In this document: positions 30,217-40,657 of the stretch, piece by piece | Layout: every line of letters begins with the position of its first letter | Position numbering within the stretch: the first letter of the stretch is position 1 | From: Promethearchaeota archaeon | Lineage (GTDB): Archaea; Asgardarchaeota; Lokiarchaeia; Sigyniarchaeales; SOKP01 | Assembly (NCBI GenBank): GCA_019058245.1 | Contig: JAHPZJ010000019.1 | Coordinates: 46,697-110,696, forward strand | Length of the DNA stretch: 64,000 nt | Reading direction: 5' to 3' | Made by a program: the position numbers and the translations under genes | Notes under the pieces: generated by a model | Told to the model about the DNA's origin: nothing | Databases searched by the model: none | Seen by the model: only the letters and a program-made list of their open reading frames with translations

Positions 30217-31305
30217 TCATGTGTATGCAAAAGGTAATAAACTTATTTGTCTAACTTTTTGATTTTTTTCTAAATTTGATAATTTGATCCCTACTAATCG
30301 TACTTTTCTTTTTTTATCAGAGAATTCTTTGAATAATTCCAAGATAATCTTTAAAACATATTTTTCATCTTGAATATGAAACGGCAATGTTCTCGAACGA
30401 GTATAAGTTATAAAACCTTCAAATCTAATTTTTAAGGTAATTGTTTTATATGTAATATGATGCTTTAATATTGATTTATGAATTCTTGTATTAATATCTT
30501 CAAACTTCGATAAAATTTCATTAAAGTCATCTGTATCTGAGAGAAATGTTCTTTCTGCGCTGATAGATTTCCTCTCTTCATAAAATTCTTTAACTTTACG
30601 ATGGTCTAAACCATTTGCGACATTCCAAATCCATTTTCCATGTTTTCCAAATAATTTTATCATCGTGGGTAAAGGTGTTTTTATAATATCCCCGATTTTT
30701 CTAATTCCCTTTTTAACATAATATACTTTAGTTTTTTTACCAATACCCGGAATACGGGTAATATCCTTTTCTTTTAGAAAGTCAAATATTTTCTCGGGTT
30801 TTACAATTGTAATCCCATTAGGTTTATTTTCATCAGAAGCAATTTTAGCCAAGGATTTTGTTGGAGCAATACCAATTGAAATTGTAATGCCAATCTTTTT
30901 AAAAACTTCTTTTTGGATGTTATTTGCAATTTCATAAGCCTTTTCAAAATTAAGAGTAATCTCTGTTAATTCTAAATATGCTTCATCTGTTCCAACTTTT
31001 TGAAAGTTAGAACTATATCTCTCTAATAGTTCCATTACCTCATTAGATACTTTATGATATTTATTACCATTGGGTTTTAAGTAAACCCCATGAGGACATT
31101 TTCTATATGCCAAGGATATAGGCATAGCAGAATGTAAACCATACTTTCTAGCTTCGTAATTACAGGTTGCTATAACACCTCTTCCTTTACCTTCTTTTGG
31201 ATCTGCTCCTATTATAACAGGTTTACCTTTCAACTGTGGATTATCTCTTATTTCCACTGCCGCAAAAAAGCAATCAAGATCGCAGTGTAAAATAATACGA
31301 CTCAT
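30217..31305 (-). CDS. dinB: Y-family DNA polymerase IV (DinB/Dpo4)
   Basis: HCDLDCFFAAVE, YEARKYG, TDEAY, AKIASD..KPNG; PIP-like QISLLPF. Confidence 0.95.
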   Translation of the reverse strand: MSRIILHCDLDCFFAAVEIRDNPQLKGKPVIIGADPKEGKGRGVIATCNYEARKYGLHSAMPISLAYRKCPHGVYLKPNGNKYHKVSNEVMELLERYSSNFQKVGTDEAYLELTEITLNFEKAYEIANNIQKEVFKKIGITISIGIAPTKSLAKIASDENKPNGITIVKPEKIFDFLKEKDITRIPGIGKKTKVYYVKKGIRKIGDIIKTPLPTMIKLFGKHGKWIWNVANGLDHRKVKEFYEERKSISAERTFLSDTDDFNEILSKFEDINTRIHKSILKHHITYKTITLKIRFEGFITYTRSRTLPFHIQDEKYVLKIILELFKEFSDKKRKVRLVGIKLSNLEKNQKVRQISLLPFAYT

Positions 31306-31542
31306 AATTTAAGGATATGAAGATAAAAAAAATAATAATCAAAATCAAATATATTATTTCAATGAAGACTATAGAGTAAAAGAGTTATGCTATATTAAAA
31401 AATGAAAGAGAATATGGAATTATTGAATTTTTTTTCTCTTAGCTTTTAAGCATTTAAAGCAAATTTTCTTAAATAGAAATATTTATTATTTATTTTTATA
31501 ATTAAACTAATAAGAATTAAATTTAATCTTAAATGATAGAGT

Positions 31543-34500
31543 ATGTCTGATATCGAACTTTTAGAGGAATATAAAGGTGTATTTACAGATTTAATAAAAT
31601 CTGGAAAAAAATATACTTATTTAGTGGGGGCAGGTATTTCAATGGATCCCCCCTCAAGTATCCCATCTGCAAGGGAAATAGTGAGAGCTATGTTAGAATT
31701 ATGTGCTCCTATGGAAGAAATTAATAATCTATTATCATTGAGAACACTTCGTTATGAAATGATGATTGAAAAGATAAAAAATAACGTAGATAAAAATCTA
31801 CATTTTTTAGATTATTTGGAACTAATTGACCAACCTAATTATATTCATTATTATTTAGCGAATGCTGTAGCAAAGAGGCAAGACTATGTTGTTACAACTA
31901 ATTTTGATTTTATGATTGAAAGAGCTCTTCAAAATATTATCCCTCCTGAAAAACAGAAAGACATCCTTCCAGTTATCACTAGGGACGATTTTGATACTAA
32001 ATATAGACCACATGACCTTTATACCGAAGGAAAATTCCCAATCTACAAAATCCATGGTTCAAAGCGAGATATTATTACGGCAAAAGATACTAAGGATTCT
32101 CTAATCACAACCATGGCCGCACTAGGTAAAGATAGAGAAGTGCAAGAGACCTTTGCTCTGGAAACTTATAAGAAACAGGCTATTTATAATTTAATGAAAG
32201 ATCAAACACTTATCGTGATGGGATATTCGGGATCTGACGATTTTGATATTGGTCCTACGTTAAAAACTATAACTTATCTTGATGAATTAATTTGGATAGA
32301 ACATAGTCAGGATGAAAAAATATTAAAAATTAATAAAAATCTCTCAGGAAAAACATTAGATTCATTCTCTCATTCAGAAAAATTACTAATTGAGATTGCT
32401 ACGCAAGCTGATTTCGATGTTTTTCTAATAAGAATTAATACAAGTAAGTTTGTAAAGGAAATTCTATGGCAGAATTTATTAAGTGAAATTTCAATTCCAA
32501 TTTTCGATAGTTTAAAAATAAAAGAAATTCCAGATTTTAAAAACTGGGTTCAGAAAGAGTTTAAAGACGTTAGCCTGTCAGAAGTAAAAAAATATATGAT
32601 TTCTTGTAGTATCTATAATGAGTTAAGTCTAAGCAATGAGTGCTATTCAAATGCAGAAAAAGGGTTAAATTTAGCTAAATTAGCAAAGGATAATGATTCA
32701 CAGACCTTTTTCCTAAATTATCTTGGCACTCATAATCTTAAAAAGGGAGCCCTTGAAGAAGCTGAGAATTATTTTAGAGAATCATTAAAATTATCGGAAG
32801 AATTAGAGAATCCATTGAAAAAAGCTATTGCATTGTCTAATCTTGGACATTTAATAATGAAAAAAAATGAACTAAGACTAAATTTCAATTCTAAAGAAGC
32901 TCGTGAGATAACGCTTGAAGCATTACAACTTTTTGATAAAGAAAAAGATAGCATAGGAAAACTGGCATGTCTTAATAACCTTGCTGAGGTATATCTATGG
33001 GAAGGATCCTTTCTAGAAGCTATGCAAGATTTAATGAATGCTCTTACATTGGTAATGGATATAGGAAACTTAGAGATTAAAGCAACAATTTCGAATAACA
33101 TTGGTTGGATTACAAGTAGAGTATTATTAGAAGATAGTCTAAAAGTTTCTATGGAAAAAATTAATGATGCATTAAATATTAGAGATCAAATTGGAGATAA
33201 AAGCGGATTGGCAAATTGCTTGCGAAATATTGGAGATTTGAATTTTAACTTTCATAATTACAATCAAGCACTTGAATATTACATAAAAGAATTAGAGTTA
33301 AGAAACTCATTAGGCGAAGTAAAAGAAAAAGTAGCAGCTCTTATATCAATTGGTTGGGTTTATTATAGAATGAGAAACCTTAATGAAGCTTCAAAGTCAT
33401 TTCAAAAAGCATTAGAGATTAATAGGAAATTAAATGATAAACTCCATATTGCCTATAATGCTTCTGCATTAGGATATATTTCATATTTACAAGGTGAGTT
33501 AAACACTTCTATTGATTTTTTTAGAGAATCTCAACAAATCTATTCGGATTTAAAAATTGAAGCAAAATTAAAAGAAATTCAATTGTATATAGATTTCCTA
33601 GAATTAAGAACTTCTGAAGTCCAAAAAGACACTTTAATTAACCTTTTACCCCCCGCTATTAAGGATCTCGAAGATATAAGGGAACAACAAAAGGTTTTAG
33701 AAACAGATGTTTGTAAAAAAAGAGGTCCGATTGATATATTAAACCAATCTCTTTATCTTATTTATCATGGAATACTGCATGCATTAAAAGATGACCTTCA
33801 AAAAGCTAAGGAAAAGATTGAGGGCGGGTTATATTCCGCGTATATTTCCGGAAACATGGAAGAGGTTTTTCCTTTATATAAAGGAATAATTGATTCTGGT
33901 CTATTAATAAGACCTTTAAATCTTGAACGAACGAGGTTTGATTATGTTTATCGGGATGATAATATAATATCCCCAGAAGAAGCTGAATGGCTCCATAGTA
34001 GTTATTCGAGGAAAAAATTAACTGTAGCCCATGATTTATTCGAAGAGGCTTACAATGATTCTCAACTCGGCAATAATCAAATTGCAATAGAAAAATTTGA
34101 AAAAGCCAGAGAAATCTACGAAGAATTCGATGAAATTGAGTTTATAAACACCATTGATAATTATATCACTACCATAAAAATGATATCAGGAGAATTTGAT
34201 AATTCTGTTGAAAGTTTGGATCAACACCTATTTAAACAAGTGAAATCAACCATTGATATTGGTAATAAACAAGCTACTGAGGGAGACCTGGTAGGACTAA
34301 AGCATAACGTAAAAATTGCCTCTCAAATGAAAGATAGATTAGAAAATTTAAGACATAAAGATGATACATATAATCAGCTTTATAATATGCTTGGAGATTT
34401 TATAAATAATAATGAAGCAAAAGTGGCTGATGTCAACGAGGAGGATATTTCATATAAGGGAACACATGAATTTACTAAAGTTGCTGATGATCTAGTTAGA

Positions 34501-37038
34501 CAAGAAGCTATAAGAAAAGATAAAGCTCGGGAGCTATTTGAATCAATCGGGATTGGTGATAATGAAGATGCTGGAATTGATCTAACTACTATGGGCACGA
34601 TTATAGACGATAGAGAGAAATTTATTCATGAACATTCAGAAGAATGGTTGATAACACTGAATAAATTAATAGCTATGGCAGATTTGGCTGGATCGATGGG
34701 AAAAATGAAAGATAAAGTTGAAACAATGATATTCATTGGTAAATATTTCCAAAGTGCAGATGAATTAGAAGCGGCCTTATCTAAATACCAAGAATGTCTA
34801 AAAAATGCTTTAACAATTGGGCATCAAGAATTTCAAGCAAAAAGCTTAATCCGTATGGGCGATGTACTGTTTAATCAAGGAAAATATGAAGACTCTCTTG
34901 ATAATTGTGAAAAATCATTAAGAATCTTTGAAGAACTTAAAAAAGAAGAAGAAAAAATCGAACCTCTTAATCTAATTGGAAGGATATATGCTCAGAGAGG
35001 TGATTTAGAAAGGGCTTTCAAACGATTAAATGAGGCTATAGAAATCGATACTAATGAAAAGGAAATAATTGCTTATAAGGCTGATTCTTATGGACGTTTA
35101 GGGGAATTACATAAACAACAAAATAATTTTCTCGAAGCTTATGATAATTTCTTTGAGGCATTATATATTTATGAAGAATTAGAAGGAAAAGAGCAAATGT
35201 TAGCACCTCTTCACTATAATCTGGGTCTTTTAGATAAAAGTATTAACGATGTGGAAAAAGCACTTACTAATTTTGAAGATGCATTGTCTATATATCAAGA
35301 AATTAACTTTCTTGATTATGTACCAAAGTTACAAGAAGAAATTAATATTTTAAAAGCAAGACTCTCTAATCCAGAAACCAAGGGAGAAGATAAAGCTAAA
35401 CTTGCATTAAAATGCGCAAAATTATATTTATATGATGATGCTTTGGTAGCCTCTAATGAAGCAATCGAGATTTTTACTTCGATAGGAAAATTGCCAGAAA
35501 AAGCACAGATGCTTCAACTTTCGGGAGAACTTAATGATGCCTTAGGAGAGATTGAAGAGGCTAAATATCTCTTTAATGAAGCTCTAATAGCTTATAATGA
35601 AATTGGTAATCATGAAAAGATCGAACAAGTAAAAGACTTTTTAAATAAAATAAACGAAGCAATAGCAGATCCTGAATATATGATTCAATATCTTAATAAA
35701 AAGGTAGAATCTCTCCTTAATGACGGTAAAGAATCTGAAGCACTTTTAAAATATAGTTCTCTGCTGAATTTTTATGATCAAATACAAGACGTAATCGGGA
35801 AGGCAACCTGCTTCCGAAACATAGCAGATATTCATTACAACAGACAAGAAGTAACTGAAGCTATGGATAATTACCTGAAATGTATAGAAATATTTGAGAA
35901 GAATAATGAGAATTCGGAAATTGTACCTCCACTACAAAAAATGGGTTATATTTATGAGCAACAATTCGAATATGAAAAGGCTCTGGAGTATTTCCAAAAA
36001 ACTCTGAATATTACCCAAACTACAGAAAATCAGTTTGGTATAGGAATAGCTTTAATAGATATAGCAAGGATATTACAAACCCAAAAGAAGTTGGATAAAG
36101 CTTTAGATTTTTATAAGCAATCCTTGGAGATTTTCGAACAATTGGATAATAATAACAATATCGCTTATATTTTCAAAATGATAGGCTTAGTTTATGATGA
36201 ACAAGGAAAGTTTGATAAAGCATTAGATGTATTGGAACAAGCACGCGCTTTATATGAAGAGTTAAATAATAAGGATGCGCTTGGGGGAGTATATAATTCG
36301 TTGGCAAATATTTATGAAAGTTTGGGGAAGTTAGATGATGCTCTAAAATATTATAATAACGCCTTGGAAATCTCAGAAGAAGTCAATGACATTTCAGGAA
36401 AAGCAGCATACTTATTTAATATAGGCCTTATCTATAGTTCAAAAGAAGAATATACCATAGCATCAGAACATTATGATGAAGCAATGGTCATTGCTGAAGA
36501 ACTTAATCTCCCACAATATAAGGCACCATTCTTACTTGGGATGGGATTAATTGATAAAAAATTAGGGAACTTAGATACTGCTCTGCAAAAATTCAATAAA
36601 AGTCTTGAAATTAACGAACGAATTGGATATTCCGAGGGAATTATAGAATCTTTAAATAATATTGGAAATATCTTTTTGAGAAAAGGAAACCTAAATTCTG
36701 CTGAAGAATCATTCACAAGAGCGTTTCAATTAGCTGAAAAAATAGATAGCATCAAGAAGAAAGCATATTGTCGTAGTGCTATGGGAGATCTATATCGTTA
36801 TCAAAACGATATACATAAAGCGTTAGACATGTACAAAGATGCATTAGAAGTTTTCGAACAATTGGAAATTAAGGAAGAAATTGCGTATAACCTCAAAAAA
36901 CTCGGAAAAACTTATTTCAAACTAGGTGATAAAACTAAGTATATAGAAGTTATGCAAAAAGCAAGTGATTTATACGCAGAAATAGGATTAGAGAAAAAAG
37001 TAAAACATATCCAACAAGAGTTAAATTCTAATTCTTAA
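31543..37038 (+). CDS. SIR2-like (NADase-type) domain fused to extensive TPR repeats, 1831 aa
   Basis: LVGAGIS, VTTNFD, IYKIHGS and MGYSGSDDFDI in the first ~250 aa; many ~40-aa TPR units follow. Confidence 0.9.
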   Translation: MSDIELLEEYKGVFTDLIKSGKKYTYLVGAGISMDPPSSIPSAREIVRAMLELCAPMEEINNLLSLRTLRYEMMIEKIKNNVDKNLHFLDYLELIDQPNYIHYYLANAVAKRQDYVVTTNFDFMIERALQNIIPPEKQKDILPVITRDDFDTKYRPHDLYTEGKFPIYKIHGSKRDIITAKDTKDSLITTMAALGKDREVQETFALETYKKQAIYNLMKDQTLIVMGYSGSDDFDIGPTLKTITYLDELIWIEHSQDEKILKINKNLSGKTLDSFSHSEKLLIEIATQADFDVFLIRINTSKFVKEILWQNLLSEISIPIFDSLKIKEIPDFKNWVQKEFKDVSLSEVKKYMISCSIYNELSLSNECYSNAEKGLNLAKLAKDNDSQTFFLNYLGTHNLKKGALEEAENYFRESLKLSEELENPLKKAIALSNLGHLIMKKNELRLNFNSKEAREITLEALQLFDKEKDSIGKLACLNNLAEVYLWEGSFLEAMQDLMNALTLVMDIGNLEIKATISNNIGWITSRVLLEDSLKVSMEKINDALNIRDQIGDKSGLANCLRNIGDLNFNFHNYNQALEYYIKELELRNSLGEVKEKVAALISIGWVYYRMRNLNEASKSFQKALEINRKLNDKLHIAYNASALGYISYLQGELNTSIDFFRESQQIYSDLKIEAKLKEIQLYIDFLELRTSEVQKDTLINLLPPAIKDLEDIREQQKVLETDVCKKRGPIDILNQSLYLIYHGILHALKDDLQKAKEKIEGGLYSAYISGNMEEVFPLYKGIIDSGLLIRPLNLERTRFDYVYRDDNIISPEEAEWLHSSYSRKKLTVAHDLFEEAYNDSQLGNNQIAIEKFEKAREIYEEFDEIEFINTIDNYITTIKMISGEFDNSVESLDQHLFKQVKSTIDIGNKQATEGDLVGLKHNVKIASQMKDRLENLRHKDDTYNQLYNMLGDFINNNEAKVADVNEEDISYKGTHEFTKVADDLVRQEAIRKDKARELFESIGIGDNEDAGIDLTTMGTIIDDREKFIHEHSEEWLITLNKLIAMADLAGSMGKMKDKVETMIFIGKYFQSADELEAALSKYQECLKNALTIGHQEFQAKSLIRMGDVLFNQGKYEDSLDNCEKSLRIFEELKKEEEKIEPLNLIGRIYAQRGDLERAFKRLNEAIEIDTNEKEIIAYKADSYGRLGELHKQQNNFLEAYDNFFEALYIYEELEGKEQMLAPLHYNLGLLDKSINDVEKALTNFEDALSIYQEINFLDYVPKLQEEINILKARLSNPETKGEDKAKLALKCAKLYLYDDALVASNEAIEIFTSIGKLPEKAQMLQLSGELNDALGEIEEAKYLFNEALIAYNEIGNHEKIEQVKDFLNKINEAIADPEYMIQYLNKKVESLLNDGKESEALLKYSSLLNFYDQIQDVIGKATCFRNIADIHYNRQEVTEAMDNYLKCIEIFEKNNENSEIVPPLQKMGYIYEQQFEYEKALEYFQKTLNITQTTENQFGIGIALIDIARILQTQKKLDKALDFYKQSLEIFEQLDNNNNIAYIFKMIGLVYDEQGKFDKALDVLEQARALYEELNNKDALGGVYNSLANIYESLGKLDDALKYYNNALEISEEVNDISGKAAYLFNIGLIYSSKEEYTIASEHYDEAMVIAEELNLPQYKAPFLLGMGLIDKKLGNLDTALQKFNKSLEINERIGYSEGIIESLNNIGNIFLRKGNLNSAEESFTRAFQLAEKIDSIKKKAYCRSAMGDLYRYQNDIHKALDMYKDALEVFEQLEIKEEIAYNLKKLGKTYFKLGDKTKYIEVMQKASDLYAEIGLEKKVKHIQQELNSNS

Positions 37039-37122
37039 TAGTCTCTTTTTTTACAGTTTAATTTCTGTAATTATAGCAAGAAAATTCATAAAAAATTTAA
37101 CAACACCTTTATTTTACTTCTT

Positions 37123-37809
37123 ATGGCAATAAACAAAGAAGATCAACTTCGAATAGACGTTGTTAGAGGAGCAAAAGCAGTTTTTACAAAAGGATTAGTA
37201 GAAGCTGGAGAAGGAAATGTGAGTGTGAGACATGGAAAGAAAGAAGAATTATTCATCACACCTTCATTTAATCAATATGAAACACTTAAAAAAGATGAAA
37301 TTGTTCATTTAAATTTTGAAGGAACCTCCATAAGTGCGGGGAAATTACCTTCAACGGAAGCAAAAATGCATATTGAGATCTATAAAACAAGACCGAAAGT
37401 ACAATCAATAATTCACACACATTCACCTTTTGCTACCATGCTCTCAATCGTAAGAAAAAGTATCCCAGTTATAATGGAAGAAATGTATATCTTTTTAGGT
37501 GGATCTGTCGATGTTTCGGAATTTGGAGAAGCTCATACTTTAGAAATTGGTGAAGCTGCATTAAAAGCTCTAGATACAAAAAATGCAGCTCTATTAGCGA
37601 ATCATGGGGTTATTGTTTGTGGAAAATCATTAGACCATGCAATTAAATTTGCCGAGTTAGTAGAGAAGCTTGCTAAGATGTATTGGGGGTCTTTACAAAT
37701 TGGAACTCCCTATGTAATTTCTGAGAAACAACTTGAACCATTTGAAAAACTCTACGAAAGTATGTTTGCAAACTATCCTCGACATTTGCGAAAAAGAATA
37801 GAAAAATAA
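37123..37809 (+). CDS. Class II aldolase/adducin family (fuculose-1-phosphate aldolase-like)
   Basis: GNVSVR, ITPS, PSTE..MH, HTHS, LANHG. Confidence 0.92.
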   Translation: MAINKEDQLRIDVVRGAKAVFTKGLVEAGEGNVSVRHGKKEELFITPSFNQYETLKKDEIVHLNFEGTSISAGKLPSTEAKMHIEIYKTRPKVQSIIHTHSPFATMLSIVRKSIPVIMEEMYIFLGGSVDVSEFGEAHTLEIGEAALKALDTKNAALLANHGVIVCGKSLDHAIKFAELVEKLAKMYWGSLQIGTPYVISEKQLEPFEKLYESMFANYPRHLRKRIEK

Positions 37810-37831
37810 CATTCCGGTAAAGTTGATATTT

Positions 37832-38662
37832 ATGCAATTAGGTATTAGTACGTTAGGTCATATTTCTGAAATGGGATTAAATGGTAAATATAAAAATCTT
37901 TTTGACCTACATCTTAAAGCTTCAGAAGAATGCCTTAATTTTGTAGAAAAATCTGGAATTAATGTAATAGAATTAATTATTGAATCTCCAGTTATAGCTA
38001 ATCGTGAAAATAAACAAAAGTTTATTGACCTTGTAAATTCCTATTCTTTAGAAAAGCAGGTACATGGTCCTTTTATCGACATGAATTTATGTTCTCTTAA
38101 TAAATATATTTCTAAGGCTTCGATAGAATCTTACCTTGAAGCCATAAAATTATGTGATGATATCGACAGCAAAATGATAACTATCCATCCTGGATCTGCG
38201 GATTTTGTAGTGCCTTCAATTAGAGAATTTAATAAAACAAAATTGAAATCTGCAATCCATCAATTATTTGGTACTAAAACAAATGAGAATTTAATGATTT
38301 GTTTAGAAAATATGCCTCAAAATTACCATATCATGACCGATAACAAGAATATTGAAGAAGTCCTCAATATTATTGATCATAAAAATCTTTTCCTTACCTA
38401 TGATACTAGTCATTTTTACACTTGTGATGGTGACGTGCAGCAGCTTTGGATGATATTTCAAAAAATAATAAAAAATATTCATATTGTTGATAATAACTCT
38501 AAATTAATTGATACCCATCCGCCATTAGGAACAGGAAAGGTTGATTTTAAAAAAATCTTTGATATAATTTCAGAATATAATTATAATGGATCGTTAATTC
38601 TTGAATTATCCAATGCAAAATCATTAAATCAAAGTATTAATTTTATTAACAAGTTTTTATAA
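37832..38662 (+). CDS. Sugar phosphate isomerase/epimerase (xylose isomerase-like TIM barrel)
   Basis: HGPF.D.NL, IHPG, LENM, DTSH, HI.DN, H.PLG.G..DF, E. Confidence 0.85.
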   Translation: MQLGISTLGHISEMGLNGKYKNLFDLHLKASEECLNFVEKSGINVIELIIESPVIANRENKQKFIDLVNSYSLEKQVHGPFIDMNLCSLNKYISKASIESYLEAIKLCDDIDSKMITIHPGSADFVVPSIREFNKTKLKSAIHQLFGTKTNENLMICLENMPQNYHIMTDNKNIEEVLNIIDHKNLFLTYDTSHFYTCDGDVQQLWMIFQKIIKNIHIVDNNSKLIDTHPPLGTGKVDFKKIFDIISEYNYNGSLILELSNAKSLNQSINFINKFL

Positions 38663-38706
38663 ATACTTAATAATTGTAAGAAAAATTACTATTTTATAGA
38701 TTTAAG

Positions 38707-39099
38707 ATGCCAATAATATCCTTACAAATAAGTGATGATTTGTTAGAAAGATTTGAAAATGTACGAAATGTTAGTGGATTTAGTTCTAAAAGCGAAGCAT
38801 TAAGAGATTCAATAGTCACCTTCATAGAAAGACATGAAAAATTTGAAAATCTTGAAGGATATAAGTTAATGACAGTTAATTTAGTTTATCCTTTTAAAGA
38901 AATTATTATTGATCAAATAACCGAATTATATTCCCAATACCATCAAATAATTAAAACAATTACAGATTGGCGTATAGCAGAAAAAAAGATTGAATTGCTC
39001 TTGTTAGTAGGTGAATTTGGGATTATTAAAGATCTATATAAAGAATTAGCCAAAATAAAGGATGTTTTATGTTCAATTCGAGAAATTGTCATTGATTAA
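38707..39099 (+). CDS. NikR-like ribbon-helix-helix regulator lacking Ni ligands
   Basis: IISLQISDDLLERF...SKSEALRD N-terminus; ACT-like C-domain without the His/Cys ligands. Confidence 0.75.
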   Translation: MPIISLQISDDLLERFENVRNVSGFSSKSEALRDSIVTFIERHEKFENLEGYKLMTVNLVYPFKEIIIDQITELYSQYHQIIKTITDWRIAEKKIELLLLVGEFGIIKDLYKELAKIKDVLCSIREIVID

Positions 39100-39108
39100 A
39101 AATTGGCC

Positions 39109-39963
39109 TTAGTCAAAACGAAGTGAAAAATCAACGCTTTCTGAAGGAAATTGAGTCAATTTTCCTGTGCTTATTACATCAGGTTCTGAAAGTAAATAAT
39201 CTACAATGTTATCTTGAGTTATACCTCCAGAAATTTCAATTATTACTTTATCTCTCAGATTATTTTTTTTTAGTAAATTGATTACATCTTCTACTTGATC
39301 TGGTCCCATATTATCTAACATAATGATGTCTGCTCCATTTCTGGCAGCTGTCAGGACATCTTCGACTTTTTCTATTTCTATTTCAATTTTTTTCGAAAAA
39401 CTCTTCTTTTTTTTACATTCATCCAACAATTTCACTATGTCTCCACTGAAATATCTTAGATGAGTATCTTTTAATAGAATCATATCATCCAATGAAAACC
39501 TGTGAACATCTGCTAATCCAATTTCAGCAGCTTTTTTATCAAAAATGCGAATTCCGGGAGTTGTTTTACGTGTACAGGCAATTTTAACATTTTTTCCAGA
39601 CTCTTTAATTAATTTAACATATTTTCTAGCAGTAGTTGTAATAGCACTCATATGTACAATTAAATTTAGTCCTGTTCTCTCCCCTAATAAAATATTTCTT
39701 GCATTACCTATTAATTCTACAACGATATCTCCATTATTAACCCCATCTCCATCTTTCTTTTTAAAAGAAGTGGAAACGTTTAAAATGTCATATAATATTT
39801 TCAATTCATTTAATCCAGAAACAAACCCTCTACTCTTAGCAAATATTTTAGCCGAAGCATTAGCATTCTCAGGAATCACTTTAGAACTAATATCGATAAA
39901 CCTACAATCTTCCTGTAAAAATTCCTTTATTTTTTGTTCAATTATAATTCTATTATAACTCAT
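39109..39963 (-). CDS. nadC: Nicotinate-nucleotide diphosphorylase (carboxylating)
   Basis: ER..LN, TRKTTPG, HRF.L.D..L.KD.H, IEIE, MLDN, SGGI. Confidence 0.95.
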   Translation of the reverse strand: MSYNRIIIEQKIKEFLQEDCRFIDISSKVIPENANASAKIFAKSRGFVSGLNELKILYDILNVSTSFKKKDGDGVNNGDIVVELIGNARNILLGERTGLNLIVHMSAITTTARKYVKLIKESGKNVKIACTRKTTPGIRIFDKKAAEIGLADVHRFSLDDMILLKDTHLRYFSGDIVKLLDECKKKKSFSKKIEIEIEKVEDVLTAARNGADIIMLDNMGPDQVEDVINLLKKNNLRDKVIIEISGGITQDNIVDYLLSEPDVISTGKLTQFPSESVDFSLRFD

Positions 39964-40018
39964 CTTTCGCACATTTTTCTATAGTATTATTATTATAGTA
40001 TAAAAATTAATTAAAATT

Positions 40019-40657
40019 ATGGTAGGAAAAGAATTATTATTTATTAAAAACAATGAGATAGAACTGGAAGCTGAATACTTTCATTCAAATGGAAGTATAA
40101 ATCTTCCAGTAGTTTTAATTTGCCACCCACATCCCCAATATGGTGGAAATATGTATAATAATGTCGTATCAGGCGTGTTTAATTACATAATAAAACATGA
40201 AATTTCATGTCTAAGATTTAACTTTAGAGGTGTAGGAAAATCGACTGGACACCACTCTGGAGGATCAGGAGAATTGGATGACGTAAAAGCTTGTATTGAT
40301 TTTTTAGTAAATATGAAAAACCATGAAAGAATAATGATATGTGGATACTCTTATGGAGCCGCGATTGGATGCTCTGCAATTAATTATTCAGAAAAAATTA
40401 TTGGATATGTTTCTATATCATTTCCTTGGGATATTATGGGTATTCAATATAAAGAATTATCTCAATCAAGTAAGCCAAAATTGTTCATTCAAGGTAATCA
40501 AGATAATGTAGCTGTTTATGAGAGATTTCAAGAAAACTTTGATTCTTATTTAGATCCAAAAACAAGTAAAATTATAGATGGAGCAGATCACTTTTATATA
40601 GGTTATGAATCACAGATTTCTGAAGAGGTGTTAGCATTTTATAACAGTTTAATTTAA
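40019..40657 (+). CDS. Alpha/beta hydrolase
   Basis: CHPHPQYGGNM, FNFRGVG.S, GYSYG, G..D, ADHF. Confidence 0.92.
   Translation: MVGKELLFIKNNEIELEAEYFHSNGSINLPVVLICHPHPQYGGNMYNNVVSGVFNYIIKHEISCLRFNFRGVGKSTGHHSGGSGELDDVKACIDFLVNMKNHERIMICGYSYGAAIGCSAINYSEKIIGYVSISFPWDIMGIQYKELSQSSKPKLFIQGNQDNVAVYERFQENFDSYLDPKTSKIIDGADHFYIGYESQISEEVLAFYNSLI

Noticed and set aside
3899-37038. SIR2-HerA defence system formed by herA and the SIR2-TPR gene
   Set aside because: The genes are about 26 kb apart with housekeeping genes between them; known SIR2-HerA systems are adjacent two-gene operons with a short SIR2 protein
31543-39972. NAD-consumption and recycling module (SIR2, aldolase, isomerase, nadC)
   Set aside because: nadC is convergent and belongs to de novo synthesis; the aldolase and isomerase have no evident link to ADP-ribose; proximity alone is insufficient
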